Source: an uncultured Verrucomicrobiae bacterium
GTDB taxonomy: Bacteria > Verrucomicrobiota > Verrucomicrobiia > Limisphaerales > Palsa-1400
Reading direction: 5' to 3'
Assembly: GCA_963764165.1 (NCBI GenBank)
Contig: CAVXRD010000002.1
Location: 1,888,001-1,952,000 of the forward strand
DNA: 64,000 bases
Position numbers and translations under genes: made by a program. Shown here in pieces: positions 58,929 through 64,000 of this stretch (within the stretch, counting starts at the first letter, position 1; each line of letters begins with the position of its first letter). The notes beneath the pieces were generated by a model that worked only from the letters and a program-made list of their open reading frames with translations, had not been told where the DNA came from and made no database searches.

Positions 58929-60131
58929 TCACCCGATCTTCAACGAATCCAGCCCGATAATATCCGGATTGCCCTTCTGGATTTCCGCCAGCAATTCGGC
59001 GGGCGGCTGGTCGGCGAGCTGGATGCGGCAGCTGGCGGCGAGCGCTCCCTCAAATACAACGTTCTCGACTTCCTCGACGTTCAAGCCGGCGCGGCGGATA
59101 TGATCCAGCACAAACGCCAGCACGCCAATGCGATCATGATGGCGCACCACCAACTGCCACTTGGCGGGTGTGCGGTGGGCGAGGTTGACGCAATTGGCGA
59201 CCACGCCCGTTTTTATGAACGACTCGACCACATGCACCGCCTCTTCGGCAATGGCGTTTTGCGATTGTGTTGTTGACGCTCCAATGTGGTGCGTGCCGTG
59301 AAGGCCTGGCAATTTGAGAATCGGGTCGGTGAACGGCGCGGCGCCTTCGGCCGGTTCGGGATCGAAAACGTCGAGGCCGGCGCGGATTCGTTTGGATTCG
59401 ACGGCTTCACGAAGGGCGGCTTGATCGACGACTTCGCCGCGCGAGGTGTTGATGAGAATGGCGCCGGGGCGCATCAGCCATAAGCGGGAAGCGTTGACAA
59501 GCTTGCGGGTTTCCGGCCCCAAGGCGACGTGCAGGGAAACGATGTCTGATTCGCGGAAAACGTCATCCACACTTTCGCAAAATTCCACGCCCAATTCTTC
59601 CGCCTGCGCCTTCGTCAGCGAGCGGGACCAGGCGACGACTTTCAATCCGAACGCATGCGCCCGGCGAATCACTTCGCGGCCGATGCTGCCCACGCCAATG
59701 ACGCCGAGAGTTTTGCCGTAAACGCCGTCCGCATTTGAAAAGTCTTTCTTGTTCCATTTTCCATCGCGGAGGGCGGCGACGTTCTCAGGAACGCGGCGGT
59801 CCAGCGACAGGATCAGCGCGAAAACGAGTTCCGCCACGGCGATGGAATTTTTGCCGGGGCAATTACTTACAAAAATGCCCAGGCTGCTGGCCGTTTTGAC
59901 ATCGATGGTGTTGACACCGGCGCCCGCCCGCAAAACGAGGGCGAGATTTGGCATGGCCTTGAGGACTTCAGCCCCAACCTTCTTGCTGCGAACGATGAGA
60001 ATCTTGCAGCCAGGCGAAAAGGACGGAAGCTCTTCGGATTTGGCGGAAGGATGATACTCAACCTCACACCCGATTTGTTTGAGACGAAGGATATAGGATT
60101 CCGGGAAAGTATCGGCTACCAGAGTTTTCAT
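58929..60131 (-). CDS. serA: D-3-phosphoglycerate dehydrogenase-like with ACT domain
   Basis: RAGAGVNTID, GVGSIG, LINTSRG, DVF..EP, HIGAST, HHDRIGVLA. Confidence 0.8.
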   Translation of the reverse strand: MKTLVADTFPESYILRLKQIGCEVEYHPSAKSEELPSFSPGCKILIVRSKKVGAEVLKAMPNLALVLRAGAGVNTIDVKTASSLGIFVSNCPGKNSIAVAELVFALILSLDRRVPENVAALRDGKWNKKDFSNADGVYGKTLGVIGVGSIGREVIRRAHAFGLKVVAWSRSLTKAQAEELGVEFCESVDDVFRESDIVSLHVALGPETRKLVNASRLWLMRPGAILINTSRGEVVDQAALREAVESKRIRAGLDVFDPEPAEGAAPFTDPILKLPGLHGTHHIGASTTQSQNAIAEEAVHVVESFIKTGVVANCVNLAHRTPAKWQLVVRHHDRIGVLAFVLDHIRRAGLNVEEVENVVFEGALAASCRIQLADQPPAELLAEIQKGNPDIIGLDSLKIG

Positions 60132-60148
60132 ATGTTGCTGCCCGCCCC

Positions 60149-61516
60149 TTATTGAGGCTTTGGTCGATTGCGATATTTATCGTAGAGGCGGGTATGGCGG
60201 CTTTCAAGCGAAACTGCGTGCCCAGCCACCCAGAGATGAGTGACGTTTTGGCGCAAATCCATGATGTCGCCAGTGCAGGAAAACAGCGTGGCGACCTTGC
60301 CGGGCTCAATGGAACCAATCTGCTCAGAGACTCCCATGACTTGGGCCGGATATAAAGTGATCGCCTTCAAAGCCTCGTCGGCGGGCAATCCGTAAGCGAC
60401 GGCGGACGCAGCCGTATAAGGCAGATTCTTTGCCAGCGCGGCGGGGTCGGCCGACTCGCCGCCTTCCGGCATCGAGATGATGACTTTCACGCCAGCCTTG
60501 TGCATCAGTTCAGGAGCCTTGAAATGGATGTCGTAACCGTCAGATTCTGAGGAGGGCAGGGTATAAGTCCCAGCATAGATTACGGGAACGTCCTGTTTGG
60601 CCAGCAAATCGCCAACCTTCCACCCATCGCGTCCGCCCGCAATGACAATTCTGTATTTGTTGGTGCCAGCCCATTTCAATGCTGCCTTGATTTGTCGAAC
60701 ATCGTCTGCGTGGACGACAATCGGAGCGTCCCCGCGAACGTAGGGGCGCATCGCTTCCCACGAAGGATTCAAGCCGGGATCGGGTGCGCCGTGGGTTTTG
60801 GCGGCGCTGCGGGCCACGTCATAGGCTTTTGCGTCAATAAAATAATCGGCCAGCTCCTTGATCTTTTTTTGGCGCTCTTTGACTTGCTCGTCTGGTGACG
60901 CGCCGCCAGCCCCACGACGGCGTCCGCCGCCACCCCCACCTCCGCGCCGGCCGCCGCCACCGACGTTCATGTTCGGCCAAAAGACGTGCAGCGCGGCGGG
61001 TTTTTTGAAAACCATGCTCTCCGTGGTCCAGCCGTCCATCGCCATCAAGCCGGAACGGCCCGCCACCATTGTGCCTTGCGGAATTGGTTCGAAATAGCCA
61101 ATGCCATTGGCGCGGGCCACCGCGATCAATTCGGAATCCGGATTGACCGCCACCCAAGATCCCACTTCTGGGATGAATTGCCCGACTTCCTCCTCGTCAA
61201 GAGTTGCGCGAACGGCTTCGATCTCCACAAGGCCCAGTGGCGTATCCAAATCCACCAACCCGGGATAAAGATGCTGTCCGGTCAAATCAATGGTTTGGTC
61301 AGCCTTGGCCTCAATGTGCGCGGCGATTTGCGAAATTTTTCCGCCGTCCACCAGAACATCCGCCCCCGCCATGGCCGGGCCGGTGACGGGATGCACGGTC
61401 GCGTTTTTCAGCAGCAGCGTCTCGGCGCGGCTTGACAGCGGCGCGAGCGCGCACGCGGCCATCGCCACCCAAGCAGTGAGCCTGGCTGAAAAATTATGGT
61501 TTGCCGTCCGCTTCAT
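60149..61516 (-). CDS. Amidohydrolase family protein, secreted (metal ligands degenerate)
   Basis: Signal peptide, KNATVHP, YPGLVD, ALKAITLYPA, GSIEPGK. Confidence 0.88.
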   Translation of the reverse strand: MKRTANHNFSARLTAWVAMAACALAPLSSRAETLLLKNATVHPVTGPAMAGADVLVDGGKISQIAAHIEAKADQTIDLTGQHLYPGLVDLDTPLGLVEIEAVRATLDEEEVGQFIPEVGSWVAVNPDSELIAVARANGIGYFEPIPQGTMVAGRSGLMAMDGWTTESMVFKKPAALHVFWPNMNVGGGGRRGGGGGGGRRRGAGGASPDEQVKERQKKIKELADYFIDAKAYDVARSAAKTHGAPDPGLNPSWEAMRPYVRGDAPIVVHADDVRQIKAALKWAGTNKYRIVIAGGRDGWKVGDLLAKQDVPVIYAGTYTLPSSESDGYDIHFKAPELMHKAGVKVIISMPEGGESADPAALAKNLPYTAASAVAYGLPADEALKAITLYPAQVMGVSEQIGSIEPGKVATLFSCTGDIMDLRQNVTHLWVAGHAVSLESRHTRLYDKYRNRPKPQ

Positions 61517-64000
61517 CGCGATCGTGATTGTAAAAGTCGTCCTGATGTTCCAGCGCCACTTCGAAGAATCGGCGGCGCCCCTGCGGCGTGCCGCCGCTTT
61601 CGCCACCCTCGGAAAGCTTGCGGGCTTTGGCCAGCAGCGCTTTGCGCTCCTCCTCGAGGGAAGCGGTGCGTTTCGGATCCAGCGCGAGATCGAAGTATTT
61701 TTTCCCTTCAATCCATGTTTCCAAGCAAAGCGTGGTCGAATCGAGAGGCGATTTTGACCAGACGGCGATGTCGCCGGATTTTCCAACCTCCAGGGAGCCA
61801 ACCAGCTTGTCGACGCGCAATTGAATGGCCGGATTGATGGTCACAAATTTTAGCGCTTCGACTTCGCTCAAGCCGCCATATTTGACAGCTTTGGCCGCGT
61901 CGAGATTGAGCCGGCGGGCGAGGTCATCGGAATCCGAATTGAAAGATACAACCACGCCTCGGTCGTGCATGAGCGTGCCATTGTAAGGAATGGCATCGTA
62001 AACTTCAAACTTGTAGGCCCACCAATCAGAGAACGAGGACCCGCCGATTTTGCCCGCTGCCATCTCGTCCGCTACTTTGTAGCCTTCAAGGACGTGCTGC
62101 ATCGCGGCGATTTGAATGCCGAAACTTTGCATTGTGCGGATGAAATAGAGGATTTCGTCCTGGCGATACGAATGGCAATGGATGAAGCGCTTGCCCTGCA
62201 AAATTTCGCCCAGCGCATCCAATTCCAAATCGCGGGCCGGAGGGACGCCTTGCCCCGTTTTGTTGTATTTGTCCCACGTTTCCAAATACTGTTTCGCCGC
62301 TGTGAAACGGTTTTCGTAGAAGGTCGGCACCCCCATGCGGGTTTGCGGGAAACGGGTCCCGCCGCCGCCGTTGGACTGCTTGACGTTTTCGCCCAGCGCG
62401 AATTTGATCGTCGGCGGCGCTTCGGCAAATTTCATTTCCTCGGGAGTGGCGCCATCGCGCAATTTGATCAGGCAGCATTGCCCGCCGATGGGATTGGCCG
62501 AGCCATGGAGCAGATGAGCCTCCGTCGTGCCGCCCGCCAATTGCAGATATATATTGGCGCTGTCGGCGTTGACAACGTCGCCAATCCGCACCATTGCGGA
62601 AGAGGGAAGGGTGCCTTCGTTGACGCCGCCCAAAATCATGCTGTGGCTATGGCAATCAATGATTCCCGGCGAGACCTCTTTGCCGGTGCCATCTTCAACC
62701 AGCGCCGAATCGGGATGGCGAACTGTTGCGCCGATTTCCGCAATCTTTCCGTTCTCGATTAGGATTGAAGCCTTTTCCAAAACACCAGAGGGGCCGCAAG
62801 TCCAGAGCGTTGCATTCGTGATGAGCAGCGCGGGAGGATTCGTGATTGGGCCGCGACCTTCCATTGGCGAATGCGCGAGGCGCTTCTTCATCAACTCACG
62901 ATTCGCCGCCGAGCGATTGCCGCCACGGCCACCTCGCCCGCCGCCGGGACCTCGGCCTGGGTTTGGAGCCGGTTCGTCGGAATTTTCAGCAACTTTGGAA
63001 TCGTCTGGTTTTGCGGGCGAGTTGGTGCCCGGAGCATTGGTGCCTGCCGAATTGGTGGCCACAGCGTTCGTGCCGAGCGTGTTTGCGCCCGGAGACTTCG
63101 CGTCGTCAGATTTTGCTTCAGCCGAGCGATCTGGACGAGCTGGGGCGTTGGTGCCTGAATCGTCCGCTTCGCTCTTATATATTCTGCCGTCGATCCAGAC
63201 TTCCTTCACTTTCGCGTCCGGATCGAAATAGCCTTTGCCGCTGACGACCGTCAAATCGGCCATTTTGCCCGCCTCAATGGTGCCAAGCGATTTATCAACG
63301 CCGCACAATTTTGCCGGAATCGTGGTCAGTCCCGCCAGCGCGTCATTCTCGCTGTATCCGCGGTCGACTGCGGCAACAACGTTGCGATGGAAGGCGGACT
63401 TGTCGTCCAGTTCGTAGGTGGTCAGCGCCACTTCCAAATTATTGCTGCGCAAGATCGCCGCATCCTCGGGCGCCCAATCCCACGCGCGCAATTGATCGAG
63501 GTTTATGGAGTTCCAATCGTCGTCATCCGACATCTTGGTTATTTCCGGGAAACTCAACGGGAGAATAAACGGAACACCCGCGCTTTTGGCCAGCTCAGGC
63601 CGGCGCCACTCCTGGCCGCTGGCGAGAATGTAATAGTTCAGCCCAAATTCCTGAGCCAGCCGCGTGGCGCGATCCACCATCAACGCGCTCCCGGGCTCGA
63701 AAACCACCGTCATCTTTTTGTCGAGGGCGGGCTCCAGCGCTTTCGACGCCGGATTGAAGGGGGGGCGTTTGTGTCCCAGCGGAGACTTTTCGTAAGCAGC
63801 GCGCTCCAGCGCATCGTGCTGGGCATCATACATCGTCTGTCGGATGGCCGAGATGATGCCCATCAGCGAACTGGGATAGCCGCCGCCGAAACCTCCGCCC
63901 GATTCGAGCGCGATGTGCTGAAACACATCGGCCCGAATGACGGCGTCGTTGGGATTGCTTTCGCCGAGCGAAATAAATGCGCTTGTTCCCTTGATGATTC
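61494..64000 (-). CDS. Two-domain amidohydrolase family protein (5' partial)
   Basis: YPSSLMG, GTIEAGKMAD, PGIIDCHSH, HGSANPIGG, KFALGENVK, HCHSY, NSD; frame open to window end. Confidence 0.9.
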   Translation of the reverse strand, partial: IIKGTSAFISLGESNPNDAVIRADVFQHIALESGGGFGGGYPSSLMGIISAIRQTMYDAQHDALERAAYEKSPLGHKRPPFNPASKALEPALDKKMTVVFEPGSALMVDRATRLAQEFGLNYYILASGQEWRRPELAKSAGVPFILPLSFPEITKMSDDDDWNSINLDQLRAWDWAPEDAAILRSNNLEVALTTYELDDKSAFHRNVVAAVDRGYSENDALAGLTTIPAKLCGVDKSLGTIEAGKMADLTVVSGKGYFDPDAKVKEVWIDGRIYKSEADDSGTNAPARPDRSAEAKSDDAKSPGANTLGTNAVATNSAGTNAPGTNSPAKPDDSKVAENSDEPAPNPGRGPGGGRGGRGGNRSAANRELMKKRLAHSPMEGRGPITNPPALLITNATLWTCGPSGVLEKASILIENGKIAEIGATVRHPDSALVEDGTGKEVSPGIIDCHSHSMILGGVNEGTLPSSAMVRIGDVVNADSANIYLQLAGGTTEAHLLHGSANPIGGQCCLIKLRDGATPEEMKFAEAPPTIKFALGENVKQSNGGGGTRFPQTRMGVPTFYENRFTAAKQYLETWDKYNKTGQGVPPARDLELDALGEILQGKRFIHCHSYRQDEILYFIRTMQSFGIQIAAMQHVLEGYKVADEMAAGKIGGSSFSDWWAYKFEVYDAIPYNGTLMHDRGVVVSFNSDSDDLARRLNLDAAKAVKYGGLSEVEALKFVTINPAIQLRVDKLVGSLEVGKSGDIAVWSKSPLDSTTLCLETWIEGKKYFDLALDPKRTASLEEERKALLAKARKLSEGGESGGTPQGRRRFFEVALEHQDDFYNHDRDEADGKP

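Overview
About 64 kb of GC-rich bacterial chromosome, most likely Verrucomicrobiota (Pedosphaera-like). This is inferred from the GloVer-type repeats, a C-terminally extended ECF sigma factor and the repeat families. About 50 CDSs are supported: two large secreted multidomain proteins (kelch-like/Ig/LamG; S53 protease-repeat-LamG), an M13 peptidase, a HupE/UreJ-DUF3500 cluster, a DNA ligase/exonuclease pair, a moxR-DUF58-bat operon, an ECF sigma factor, a RelE/ParE TA pair, a sigma54-type minor-pilin/pilM operon running into dgk-psd-pssA, a complete IS1182 inserted in a REP, a deaminase-LOG-MFS-HAD operon divergent from a plant-PYD1-like preA and mmsA, an IS200-type tnpA flanked by inverted REPs, sulP, a serA-like gene and an amidohydrolase pair. 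Intergenic DNA is dense in MITEs and palindromic repeats. The most interesting leads are: (i) a candidate nucleotide-scavenging/pyrimidine-catabolism system built round a PreT-less, plant-type dihydropyrimidine dehydrogenase; (ii) a non-coding region (0.7-2.9 kb) with three TATAATCTCCAAAA modules and an rRNA-like promoter plus boxA but no rRNA; (iii) an out-and-back nested repeat stalk in a PilX-like pilin; (iv) a structured core shared by MITEs with unrelated ends; (v) a tandem-duplication scar around the ECF/TA insertions. No rRNA, tRNA or CRISPR array was seen. All family calls come from motif recognition; no database search was run.
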